Origin: Callorhinchus milii | Taxonomy: Eukaryota | DNA length: 64,000 nt | Reading direction: 5' to 3' | NCBI RefSeq assembly: GCF_018977255.1 | Contig: NW_024704743.1 | Coordinates: 50,780,001-50,844,000, forward strand | In this document: piece by piece, positions 38,020 through 50,420 of the stretch | Numbering within the stretch: the stretch's first letter is position 1 | Layout: each line of letters begins with the position of its first letter | The notes under the pieces: generated by a model | Seen by the model: the letters and a program-made list of their open reading frames with translations, nothing else | What the model was told of the DNA's origin: nothing | The model's database searches: none | Program-made: the position numbers and the translations under genes

Positions 38020-38660
38020 TGGGCTCTGAATTCTTTAAGCTTCCTGGTTTCTCTCCAGCTCACTGAACCAGTGTGAAATCTTGGCGTTCGATTCAATCGT
38101 GAGCTTTCCTTTCTCCTTCACATCTAGTCCCTGACAAGCACCACTCATTTACTACATTGCCCTCTTCCATCTCTATCTCATGCTGAATGCTGCCAAAGCC
38201 GTCATTCCAGTGCCAGCACCTTGGGACGTCCTCCTGACGTGAAAGACGCTATACAAATGTAATTTTGTTGTTGTTGTTCATTCCAGCATTTGTCACCTCC
38301 AGACTAGATTTCTCATGTGACCTTCTTACAAGCTGCCACAGCTCCACTATCCATACATTCCAGCTCATCCAAAACTCGGCTGACCACATGCTTAACCTCA
38401 TGAAACTTTGCATTCTCATCACCCCTCTTTTTACCAGGCTGCAGATCAAAATCCTCGCCCTCACCTCCTTTCATGCCCTTGCACCCCGCCTCCCTACCCC
38501 TGTGATTTTCTACAGCCTCACTCTTCTGCTCATATCCTACACTTGACAAGCTTGGACCTGCTGCACATTCTCTGACCTCCCTTTCAACCCCTATCACTTA
38601 GTGATCTGTAAAGATATTACTCTCATCGAAGGGCACTTTATAAATGTAAATTGTTGCTAT
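38020..38660 (+). mobile_element. Decayed L2 3' fragment
   Basis: AFVTSRLDF..IQNSA..IKIL translation. Confidence 0.8.
38211..38277 (+). mobile_element. 67-bp L2 3' tail insertion with 9-bp target-site duplication
   Basis: tcattccag flanks both sides (38202-38210 and 38278-38286). Confidence 0.85.
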
Positions 38661-38961
38661 TGTACCACTAAGTTTAACGCTAAAGGCAATTTGTTTCTTC
38701 AGTAAATCAAAACTTTTTGAAAGAAAACATATCTCTACTTTTGAGATGTAACCCTGTGGAACATTCTGATAGAGATAGAGCAAATCATTAAGATGCTCAC
38801 CGTAAATCTAGACGATAGATTATACAGTACTTCCAGTCTTGGTATTTGAGAGCAGCACTTAATAGACCACTGGTATTTTATTTATGAGTCCAGTAGTGTG
38901 CCATCTATACCAATTATAGCTATTGTACTGTATCTACACTTGTCAAATTTGAGCTTGTCAG

Positions 38962-39330
38962 ATAATAATAATAAAATTTCTTGCATTTGATATAGCGCCT
39001 TATCATGTCTTCAAGATGTCTCAAAATGCTTCACAGGATATACTGTAAAGTGTAGAAACTGTGTATTTTGTGGGCGGAATGTAGCAGCCAATTGCACATA
39101 ACAGTGTCCCACAACCAGTTGTGGATTGAGTGACCAAATTATTATTATTATTATTTTTAAAGCGATCCGTCAATAGACTAACAACCGGGTTCCTACTTAC
39201 TGCTAGGTAAAAAACAGAGGCATATGTGTGGAGTAAGGAAACTTGCCTAAAGTTTCACCCACCTGGGAATCGAACCTGGGTCCTCTCACTTGCAAGGCGA
39301 GCGCGCTAACCACTACGCTACAGGGCTCCA
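38962..39330 (-). mobile_element. tRNA-derived SINE, long variant with partial deletion
   Basis: Contains ggttcctacttactgctaggtaaaaaacagaggc. Confidence 0.9.
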
Positions 39331-40514
39331 TGATTCACAGAGATATGTTTAGGTCGGTCGGTAGATCACTTCAGGAAGACCTTCACTAAGGGGGTCCCTT
39401 ATGAAGACACACACAGTGGGGGATTTGCACAGAATACGACCGAGAGAGAGGGAGGGAGATGGGGAGAAAAGAGAGGGAGCGAAGCTATGATAACAGTTTA
39501 TTAGCTTACTGACAAATCACGCTGTTTTTTTTTGCTGCTCGGTGTCTCACGTGCGAGGAGTGGGAGCGGGTATATTTGTCCATGTGGGTTGGTCTCTCCC
39601 CTCTCCCACCCTAGCCAACCCCAGGAACCTGTTTACCCCCTCTCTCTCCCTCCAAATGGAAATTGAGGGCATGAGGGCCACATCATATATATATATCACG
39701 CATGTGTTATAGAGCACGGTGTGTGGGGGGGCCGCTGTTAATTAGCGGCTGTGACTGGACACCAATTGAGCTGAATTGAGCTGATACTTTAAGTAAAAAG
39801 CTCTAATGGATGGTTGGACAAGGAGCAGCAATACTGCCAGATAGTCTTTGCATTGGCAAGCTACATAGTTTCAGTTGGTTAAACTCCACCGCCACCAGCA
39901 ATTGGATCACTCGTACCCAAACGCACAAGCTTTTTTCTCTTTCCAACCTGTGCCTCATGCTTTACAGAATTAAGCAATGTGTACCTCAGGGGGAGACTGC
40001 ACACTCCATTACAAACAAGCAGAAAGTTCCATGGATAAGTGGATCTCTCAGTAGTCTGGTCTAGATATTCTTAAACATGGTGATGCATGTGTCAGACACC
40101 CAACTGATCAAAAATACTGTATATTGCACACTTATTGTCTATCTTATATAATTTCATGTGATTTGCAATGAGTTTGATTTCTGTAGTAGCAACTCAAAGG
40201 TCTGTTCAATCCAAAGCAGTTTAGATTGGTTAAATATATAATAATAAGTCATAGTTCTTGCATTAGATATAGGGATTTTGATGTTGGGTGGGTATCTCAA
40301 AATGTTTCACAGGATTTTCTGCAATGTGTGGTGAATGTATTTTGTGGGCCAGTCATTTTGTACCAGTGATGACTCACAAACAGGGTTGAAGTGAATGACC
40401 AATATTCTCTGAGAGATTGATTGACCAGGACACCAGAAATAATTCGGTTTAACGTATTATTCAAAGGACGAAACCTCCAGTAATGGAGTACAAACACATA
40501 CAAGCTCAGCGTAC

Positions 40515-40817
40515 GTTTCTGAACATCACTGGTACCAGAGGATACAGCCTGCGATTGAAGGGGGATAAATTCAGAATGAATCTACGCAAACACTATTTCA
40601 GTGAGCGAATAGTGAACCTGTGAAACAAGCTCCCTAGGGAGCCGGTTGAAGCAGGAAATGTTGATTCTTTCAAACTGAGATTAAATAGTTTTCTTTTAGG
40701 AAATAACATTATGGGATATAGGTAGTTTGGGACATATGTGCAAGTGACTGCTAGGAAAGTGGAAGACGAACTAGATGGACCATGGTCTTTCTACGTTTAG
40801 CGTTTCTTATGTTCTTA
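40515..40817 (+). mobile_element. CR1 3' fragment
   Basis: TRGYSLRL..KHYFSERIVNL translation and (ttcttatg) tail. Confidence 0.85.
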
Positions 40818-41245
40818 TCATTCAGCAGTGCACCAAGATGCTGGAACATTTCAGAAAACACCAAAAGCATTTTAAAACTCATATACTTTTAAACAGAATA
40901 TAGTCTCTATGACCAAGTTAAAATACACAGCAAATCTTTCACAGACATCTACAAATCTGTTATTCTATATAAAGCCTGTTATTCGCAAAATAACTGGGTC
41001 CATTCTGGCTGCTAAATACACAAGAAAACAGCTGCAATTTTCATGAAACTGTATATAAGTCCCAGAGAGCAGTTTGTATTCTGTAAATGTATCCTCAAAG
41101 GCATTGTACAGCTGTGAGGGCATAAAATTCCCATACCCACCATAGAAATGCTTCAACGACATTTCTGGGCTGAAAGCCAACCTTCCGATTCAAATAAAAT
41201 CCTCAACTTGTCTAAACCGTGGATATTTACATTTAATATTTTTAC

Positions 41246-41620
41246 CTTCCTGAGCCAGGCGGGTCCGCAGTACTCCAGGGCATTGCTGATGATAGCGTAG
41301 CTAGCGTGGCTCATCGGCAGGAGCTGGAAGGGCAGACCAGTCACTGGGGGCAGTGAATTATTGCACTCAGCTGCTGTTAACACTGCAAGCCCAAACCCCA
41401 GTGGGTAGGGTGGTCCTAGCTGGATAAGCAATGGGAAAGCTTGCCAGACAATAATAGCAATGGCAAGCTATTGTGACTTTAGAAGGTTAGACTTCAGGAG
41501 TACCCCAACGCATACTCTGGGATCCCCAAGTCTTGGCTCTTGCTAAACTGTGCCTAATACTTTCTGAAATTAGGTGAGCAGGATGTGTCCCTCGAAGGGA
41601 GAGCGTTCACATTTCATTCC
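41246..41620 (+). repeat. Longest copy of the unclassified dispersed repeat
   Basis: 5' part matches 36120-36243 (rc) and 3' part matches 18107-18240 (rc). Confidence 0.8.
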
Positions 41621-41879
41621 AACAATCTATCTCTAGAATTTCCATGTGTAGATGGGATGCATGGAATTCTCTGTTTTATTTGCACATGGTCACACACTCG
41701 GCTGACCAAAAAAAAATTCCTTTTTGACAGACTTTTTTAACTGATGTAAACGTGTTGATTGCCAGATTGTAACAATAAAGGATCAAAAGTACAAACGATC
41801 ATTTGATTTAACAGATAATCTAATTATGATTACTGTTCATATTGTTGAACTTTGAAGTTAATTGTCCTAGTCAACAATA

Positions 41880-42430
41880 AAATTAGTCACTCGCTCCACA
41901 GCTGTTTGTGGGATATTGCTGTGCACAACTTGGCTGCTGGTTTTACCTACAAAAATACAGTCATTCCACTTCAGAGTAAATCCTGTGAAGCGCTTTGAGA
42001 CATCCTCCTGATGTGAAAGACGCTATACTAAATGCAGTAATTATTATTATGATATATTGTCCATTTACAGAGTGGAATACTCTGTAGTTTATCCCACATC
42101 CTAGAAGCACAAATGATTCCCTATTCCAAACAAGCACTGTTTTATGGTTTTCTGTCCATAATAGTTCAGGTGGATATTAAAGATCCCATGGCACTCTTCT
42201 AAAAGAAAAGGGAATTTCTCCTGGTGTCCTGGCCAACAAATCCCCCAAGTAAAATTGGTAACTCACTCCATGACTGTCTGTGGGGCATGGCTGTGCACAA
42301 ACTGGCTGCTATGTTTCATCGACAGAATACACCGTCAATTCACTTTACAATAACCATGTGAAGAGTTTGAGATGCCTCAATGACACAATAAGGCGCAACA
42401 TCAAATGCAAGGATTATCATTATAATTACT
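41880..42430 (+). mobile_element. Two tandem SINE 3' fragments (about 41880-42050 and 42165-42430, the second with the Deu-type core)
   Basis: Shared SINE tail twice; gttcaggtggatattaaagatcccatggcact. Confidence 0.8.
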
Positions 42431-42454
42431 ACTACTACCAACTATCATATCAGG

Positions 42455-42717
42455 AAACTGCCTCAAAGCCTCTCTGCCCCCACTCTCTGGAATTCCATCC
42501 CACATTCCCTTCACCTCACACCTTCCCTTGTCTCCTTCGAGACCTGTCGGAAGATCTTTCTCTTCGACCGTGCCTTCGGTCACTCTTCTGTCCTTACCCT
42601 CCCTGCCCTCCACCTCTCCTGATCCCAACCACCAGCTTGGGCGCAGATCCCTGACTGTCCAACGCCTTGGGACGTCCTCCTTATATGAAAGGCACTATAC
42701 ATATGTAACTTGTTGTT
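42455..42717 (+). mobile_element. L2 3' end
   Basis: ctctggaattccatccc..ctcttcgaccgtgcc..cgccttgggacgtcctcc. Confidence 0.85.
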
Positions 42718-43600
42718 AATTTTCACAAGCACCTCACAATTTTCAGCCCCTTTATTTGAATCTAATAGTACTGTACTTACTGTTATAATGTATGCTGTGA
42801 AACACGCGGAGAGGGGGGAGGGTTTCACTCAGTTTCATCCTCTCTTTGTGATAGCAGCTGTTATGACAGGTGCAGCTGGTCAAGAATCTTTGCCACTGAT
42901 GCATGACTGTGCCCACAATAAACATTATCATAATTGTTGCAAGTTTAGCAAGTGCCAATCAATTTTATTACTAGGAAAGATTACAATCACAAGATGTGCG
43001 TGTTGGAAAAACCAATCAGCAGCAGCCAGAGCTAGTGAATAAACAGGTTAACTTTATTAGTGCCCAACACCAACAGATCAAGTTTAAAGTGCTGAGGGCA
43101 CCCACATCAAGGGATGTCACTCCTTTGCCTGCTCCTCTCCAGATTCCCTATCTCAGGAGCAGAAATGTTGGCAGCCCCCATACAGATGACAAAAGCATAG
43201 GCAGAGGTAGAGATAGGGAGCATCTTGGTACATCCTCCCAATGTGAAAGGCACTATACACATATAATTTATTGTTGTATATCAACTGCAAGGATTATTAT
43301 TATATAAAATGCCAGTTGAATGAGTTCCTATTGTATTAGTACACATAAGAAATGAACATTTTGCAATCTTGTGAAGTGTGAATACCTATGTGCTAATTAA
43401 CACTAATTTAGCACAATATTCAATTGAGCAACTTTATGATATTTAACATATATGGCTGGTTGACAGGTGTGCTGGACGTGGACACATTATTAACACGTTG
43501 AATCTGTTACAAAATGTGCACATTTCACCCATAGGTGTTAATTACTAACACTAGCAGCAATGCTGTTTCCAGATATCTGTAAGCTTAGATCAACATTGTT

Positions 43601-43680
43601 AATGTTGAGCAGACCTTCCACAAGATGGTTAGACTAAAGGTTAGACCTTGTGTCATCTTGTGGAAGGTCTGCTCAACATT
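43601..43680. repeat. Perfect hairpin, 27-bp arms, 26-nt spacer
   Basis: aatgttgagcagaccttccacaagatg ... catcttgtggaaggtctgctcaacatt. Confidence 0.95.
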
Positions 43681-43885
43681 CATACCTGTATTGTAGTTCC
43701 TAACGCTCTGCACCTTCCTACCTCTTTAAATTCATTGCAATGTGTGCAGAACTTTGCTGTTGGCACTGTGTTTCGATTTACTAAGCAATAAAGATATTAG
43801 ATTCACAATGGAAGTAATCATACTTGCATACTGTTAGTAACATTAGTGACATTGTTGTCAAAAATTGAAATAGTTTAAATACTAT

Positions 43886-43901
43886 ATCACCAGATGGCAG
43901 T
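43886..43901 (+). promoter_or_regulatory. Candidate CTCF motif (weaker)
   Basis: tcaccagatggcagt; motif match only. Confidence 0.35.
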
Positions 43902-44774
43902 TTTTGCTCAGCAAACATCTGTTGTACACTGGGGATCAGGTTAACATCTGCCACATTTTATTTACTGCCTGTTATAATTGCCAGAGACTCGGAGATAAAA
44001 TTTGTAATGAGCCTATCTTCAACAGTGACAGCTTATTCTTAATGTATGATTTATAGAGTAATAATTTGTAGTAACCATTAGCCATAATATTTTAAAGTTA
44101 TTAGTGGGCATATATAGTACATTGTATATTAATTTAAGTGCTGTTGCATGCTGCCTAGCCAGTAAGTGAGCAAAGAAGTGCAAAGCCTTTATACCCACTG
44201 ATGCAATCAAATGCATCAAGACCATCTGTTCATCAAAGTAGAGATTCAGAATCCAAATTATATTAAGGTTTTGTCCTACAAAATAGACAATTTCTACTCA
44301 CTACAGTAAATCTTGAGAAGCGTTGTGACATGTTTCGATGACATGAAAAGATGCCATAGTTTATTTTAAAAGTGCCTTTGCTCTATTTATTGCTACTGTA
44401 TCAATTAGTATTGTTAGTTAAAACTTGAAAAAGAAAAAAATATAGTAAGTAGTAATTCTTTGAATACACTCTAGTTAATGTGTGCTATTAAGATGATTTT
44501 CAGATCACAAATTGCAACTTTCTTATCAGACAAGTTAAAATCATATACTGTACTCACCAAAGTATGAATCCTTTTGAAAGTTCCCAATTCTTGTGCACCT
44601 GCATTTCTGAGTTAACCAGGGTGACAAAAAATGTCCTCTCTCAAGTCTGATGTGGAAAAACCAAAATTGATTGAGCTAGCACTTATTCTCTGCTCTGCTA
44701 ATCTTCCCTTTTAAACATTTTCTTTTGCACTTGAGAGATAATTCTTAAGTACCTCACAATACACAAGGTTTTTT

Positions 44775-44880
44775 GCCAACAAAGTGCAGTCAATTCACTT
44801 TACGGTATAGTCCGTGAAGCGTTTTGAGACGTCTTGAAGACGCGATAAGGCACTATATCAAATAAAAGAATTATTATTAA
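44775..44880 (+). mobile_element. SINE 3' fragment
   Basis: cagtcaattcactttac..gagacgtcttgaagacgcgataaggcactatatcaaat. Confidence 0.8.
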
Positions 44881-44904
44881 CTCACTGGCCTTATCCCATT
44901 ACTT

Positions 44905-45229
44905 ATAATAATAATAATAATCCTTGCATTTGATATAGCGCTTTTCACGTCGGGAGGATGTCCCAAAGCGCTTCACAGAACACACTGTAAAGTGAATTGA
45001 CTGTATATTTGTGGGCAAACGCGGCAGCCAATTGCGCACAGCAATGTCCCACAAACAGTCGTAGATTGAAAATGACCAATTTATTATTGTTTTTGGTTTT
45101 GGAGGGATTATTATTAGGCTCTGTGTGGAGTAAGGAAACTTGCCCAAGTTTTCACCCTCTGCCTGGAATTGAACTCAGGTCTCTCACTTGCAAAGTGAGT
45201 GCTCTAACCACTGAGCTACAGGACTCCAC
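44905..45229 (-). mobile_element. tRNA-derived SINE, short variant, young subfamily
   Basis: Diagnostic ggcagaggg and ctccacacagagcct shared with the 52112 copy. Confidence 0.95.
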
Positions 45230-46149
45230 AATTCAATTCAATTATCAATGACTCCTTGACTTTAGTGGTTGAGGATACTATTTCAGTCCAATATGTCTCT
45301 TGGAGTAAGCACATGTTAACATTATCATTAATTATTTATTATAAATTATTATTAACATTGTTATTAATTATTTATTGAAATATTATTAAAATGATAATGT
45401 CTCCAAATGTTTTTTTTGTAAAAATTGTCGATGACAAACCATTGAATGTCCTACAGATATTTCCATTGACTGACATTGAGCAGGGACAGGTACGTTCAAA
45501 CATTTATTGATGTCTCTAAGAGTATGCTCCTCATTATTCTTTGATTCAGACTATCCACTGCTAAAACTAGAGAGTGATTTCTTTGGTAGTGACTCTCTGC
45601 AATCCAAGGAGTATACCTAGTTCGAGGCCTTGGAGAAGCAGCTGGAAATGTTCGTGTTCATTCATTAACAAAAATGCATAGTAAATCCACTTTACAGTAT
45701 GTCCTGTGGAGCGCTTTGAGAAATCTCAATGACTGCTTCTACGTCATGATTGCAATCTATAGAGAGAAAAGTGTGCATGTGCTAATATCTCTATTGATAA
45801 TATCAAATGCCACATTTCCCTGCCTCCCCCAGCCCCCACCTACATGTTTCATTCCACTATTACCTTTGAACATGAAGGTTATGATGCTGTCCAAAATGCA
45901 GATTGTTTGTGGTTCTTTCCTAAATCTTAGCCTGAACACATCTTTAAGAAAATCTGAATCTCTTTTTATTGTCACCTTTTCCTCACCCACACTTTAAAAA
46001 CAAAATCCATCTGGTGTCTTCAGGCTTTATTTGCTCGGTGTGTGTGTGGCTTTTAAAGGTTCTAGCATAAGCTCTGACATTGTCATTTTTTTTCATCAAA
46101 TTCTCAAGACAAATGTGAGCTCCAGGTTGTAGTGCTTCATGACTTTGAG

Positions 46150-46490
46150 CTTAGTCGAGGCTGACACTCCAATGCAGTTATGGTGGAGCGCTACATTATC
46201 GGAGGGGTTGGAGATGCCGTATTTTGGATGACACATTAAACAAAAGTCTTGTTTGCCTGTTCAGTTGGATGTTGAAGATTCAATGGCACTATTTGAAAAA
46301 GGAAAAAAAGCTTTTCCTAGTGTCCTGACCAACATTTCCAGATAGAATTGGTCATTTACTTCATGCCTGTTTGTGGAATATTGTAGTGCGTAAATTGGCT
46401 GCTATGTTTGGAAAGCGACTACATTTGCAGAAACTTTCTGAAACTCTTTGGCAACGCATCAATGTTCTTATTTATTATAATCAATATTAT
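46150..46490 (+). mobile_element. Decayed Deu-domain SINE
   Basis: gctgacactccaatgcag..ttggatgacacattaaac..tgcctgttcagttggatgttgaagattcaatggcact. Confidence 0.75.
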
Positions 46491-48119
46491 TATTTATTAT
46501 AATGGTGTCTGGTTCAAGAGTGGAAGTTATCTTATCTGGTATCACACATACAAGCTTCATTTGATGTACCGGTGTACTTGTCCAACCCTTTACCATTTAC
46601 CATTTACAATGCTAAGGTCTGCGCTTGAATTTCCATCTCTGAGCATTTAACTGGGATAGCAGATCACTCAGAGTTTTTGTTCAATAAAAAGCTAATCATG
46701 TGATTCCTATTTCATAGCTCAGGAATTTAAAGCATGGGTAATAAATGTGATATAGTTAAACTGTGGGAGTCACATTAGATCACAAGAGTGGTTCGTTCGG
46801 ATGAAGAAATTACTTCGCACATTTGATCTCATCATTCCTGAATACCATTCCTAGAATCTTCCCATTACAGGATCCATGATATTTGAAGTGAAGGAGAGCC
46901 TTCTGCATTAAAGTTCTGTATAATTCTGTATTAAACTTTGGCTCGGTATCGGCATCTGATTGAGCCCCTTTGGTAATAATAATAATCCTTGCATTTGATA
47001 TAGTGCTTTATCATATCTTTGAGACGTCTAAACATGTTTCACAATGCAGTGTAAAGTAGTGACTGTGTATTTTGTAGATGGTAGGTTTTGACAATGTAAT
47101 GATGGCATTCAGTCTCTGGTCTTGCAATAAGGATCACTATATTTTATTCAGAATAATGCAATACTGAGCCTGTTTTAAAGCTTTTGCTTGAATCTAACTG
47201 AAAAATAGGGTTCATAGAAGTAAAAAAAAGGCTCCGTCATTAAAATATACATCTGTTAAAAAATTCTCGTGCTCATGAAGTCTTCATTATTATGCCATTT
47301 GTGCTAGCTGTAATGTTTAATGGACGTCGATCCCAATTTTACTTTACAGAGCAGAGTGTCAAATATTTATGACCAGGATCTGCTTGGAAAGGGTCACTAT
47401 TTTTTTAAATCCTAGCACAAGTAAGCGTATGAAAATGTGCTGGTTGTGTCATTAAATATAGTTAATTATGCTATAACTGAATAGATTTTCACATTAGATA
47501 TGGCAATTTATACCTAATTTTAGATAGTATGAAAGCTATGTGTAAAACTTATTCTGAAGGGATATTAAGGCCCTTGGAAGAATGGACAGCTTTACTCTTT
47601 ACCTGTGCTATCAATCTACAGTTGAGATTTAATTTGGGTTTACTTTTCTCTTTACATAAGCATGAATAACCTACAGTATTTACTGTTTGTACACGGGTGG
47701 ATGTGTCCAGACCATAGCTTTCTCCACAATATCTTCAATACTACTCTGTTCTCAGTGAGAGTACCACATCGAGGTCAGACAACATCATTTTGTTCCCCTT
47801 GTAACATGTCCCAATTTCTGCAATTACAAGGGACTTTCTCTCTTGGGTCGCAGCTAAGTCCTTGCTGGGCCTGGACCCCACAAGGTCCTCATTGTCCAAT
47901 AATCACCCCAATGACTTGATGATGAATGTTTCTTGGTTGAGGAATATTGGATTACAGAGTTCAATGGGCTTTACATTTGCAGTACAGAATTTAACCTGTG
48001 TTGGGTTATCCTAAGCTTGGAGTTAGAGATTTAAAACACTTTATTACATTCTTTCCAAAAAGCATCCTTCAAGATGCAGGAATGATCTTTCCAGTATTCT
48101 AGTGTTAAAGACTGAAAAA

Positions 48120-50150
48120 TGTCTGTCAGACATCAATTCCTGAATAAGAGCTAACTTTCTTCAGTTGAACGTCAATAAAACCGAGGCTCTCCTGATTGGC
48201 TCCCGTCAGCACCTCCATACCTCAGGCGCTGACAGCATCACATCCATGGTTGCACACTCCACCTTGCTAAGCCAGTTCGGAAGCTTGGGGTCTTGTTTGA
48301 CCCTCAACTATACTTTCTACCCCACATCTGCGCCATGACCCGCACTCCCCTCCCTCACCTCCGCAAAGTCGCCCGGCTCCAACACTGCCTTACACCGCAG
48401 GCTGCCAAAGCCCTCATACATGCTTTCATTACATTGAGGCTCGACTATGCAAACTCATTGCTTGTTGGACTCCCCAACTCCTCCGCCACAGGCTGCAGAT
48501 CATCCAGAACTGCAGCCCATGTCCTCTCCCACACAAGGCTCTGTGACCCTATCACCCTCATCCTTGCCCAACTCCACTGGCTTTCCATCACACAGAGGAT
48601 ACAGTTCAAGATCCTGGTCTTCACCTTCAAAGCCCTCCACGGTCTTGCTCCCCACTACCTCTCTGACTTCCTAACCCCGTACCATCCTGCCCACTCCCTC
48701 CGCTCAGCGGGCTCCGGCCTGCTTCATGTCCCCCGCCTTGCTCTCAGCAAACGGCTTCTCCTCCAGATCTGCACCGTCTTGTGCGGTGTTCATCAGGGCT
48801 CTGTCCTCGGTCCCCTCCTCTTCACCCTCCACATGCTCCCCCTTGGTGACATCATCCGTAGACATGGGATAAATTTCCACATGTATGCGGATGCACCTAC
48901 CTCTCTGCCTCGACACTCAACTCCAGGACTACTGGCATCCTGACCGACTGCCTGTCCGACATCAAGTCCTGGATGAGAGACAATGTTCTCCAACTGAAGT
49001 CAGCAAGACCGAGGTGCTCCTGATTGGCTCGCGCCAGGGCTCCCGACCTCAGGCACTGGCAGCATCAGACTCTACGGCTGCACACTCAACCTCACTAAGC
49101 CACTCAGGAACCTGGGTGTCTTGTTTGACTCTGAACTGTCCTTTCTCCCCCACATCCGCACCATGACCGGCACTGCCTACCACCACCTCCAAAACTCCAA
49201 AACATTGCCAGATTCTGCCACTGCCTCACCCCTCAGGCTGCCAAAACCCCCACCTACGCATTCGTCACATCAAGGATCGATTATGGAAATTCCCTTCTCA
49301 TCGGCCTTCCCAACTCTTCCCTTCACAAGCTGCAGATCATCCAAAACTCTGCAGCTCATGCACTCTTGTGCACCAGTGTATGTGACCCCATCACTCCCAC
49401 CCTCGCCTGACTCCACTGGCTCCCCATCCCTCAGGGGATCAAATTGAAGATCCTCATCCTCACTTTCAAGGCCATCCATGGCCTTGACCCCTCCTACCTC
49501 TCTGACTGCTGACTCCCTACCAACCTGCCCGCTCCCTCCATTCAGCGGGCTCCGGTCTGCTGCATGTCTCCCGCCCGACCCACCCTACCATTAGTGACCG
49601 GGTTTTCAGCCTCTCTGCCCCCACACCCTGGAACTCCATCCCACGGTCTCTTCGCCTCGCTTCTTCCCTTGCCTCCTTCAAGGCCGGTCTCAAGACCCTC
49701 CTCTTCGATCGTGCCTTCAGTCGCCCTCCCCATCTCTGCCTTCCCTCACCCCTATCCCACCCCCACCCCCATGCTCGGGCCCTGACATCTGACTGTTCAG
49801 CCCCTTGGGACACTCTCCCAATGTGAAAGGTGCTCTATAAATTTAATTTTGTTGTTGTTGTTGTTGTTGCTTGCCCCACTATTGGCGGGTGGCCTTCCGC
49901 CACTCTGCACCCACCCTCTGGAACTCCATCCCGCAGTCTCTTCGTCTCACCCCCTCCCTTGACACCTTCTAAACTCACCTCAAGACCCTCCTTTTCGACC
50001 GTGCTTTTGATCTCCCTGCTTCCCTCCCTGCCTTCCACCCTCCCTCACCTCGATCCCCAGCTCAGGTCCATGGGTTTGTCTGTCTAGCGTCTTGGGACGT
50101 CCTCCCAACGTGAAAGATGCTATACAAATGTCATTTTGTTGTTGTTGTTG
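48120..50150 (+). mobile_element. L2 fragment (host copy: 48120-48742 and 49867-50150)
   Basis: [21 protein letters not shown]; resumes after the inserted copy and ends in (gtt)n. Confidence 0.9.
48743..49866 (+). mobile_element. L2 fragment of about 1.1 kb inserted in another L2
   Basis: [20 protein letters not shown] core through to a (gtt)n tail; ttgct on both flanks. Confidence 0.9.
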
Positions 50151-50154
50151 AAAA

Positions 50155-50420
50155 AGATCACAGTTGAGGATAGGACGAAAAAGACCTTTTATGATACTAC
50201 CCTCCTCCCTGGATACTGTTATAAGGATAAAGCTCTTTCCTTATAACAGTATCAAATTGTTTCTTAAATGAGTCTAGTGACCTGATCTTGACTATCTGAG
50301 GCAGTAACTTGCTCCAGCCAATGATTACCCTTTCGGTAACTAATTACTTGTTGATTTTTGGGCTGAGCTTCCTCTTCACAACATTCACTCTGAGACATCT
50401 TCTCATATTACTTTGGTGTC
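50155..50420 (-). mobile_element. Decayed CR1 3' end containing a 16-bp-arm hairpin (50212-50253)
   Basis: gacgaaaaagacc terminus and tcaaattgtttcttaaatga; gatactgttataagga / tccttataacagtatc. Confidence 0.6.

Noticed and set aside
39335..39390. Possible second Penelope GIY-YIG remnant
   Set aside because: Similarity is too short and degenerate to support
41290..41300. CTGATGA as a hammerhead core
   Set aside because: No stem II followed by GAAA in either copy of the repeat
45318..45400. AT-rich fold-back (also the AT filler at about 9505-9563)
   Set aside because: Low-complexity sequence self-pairs easily by chance
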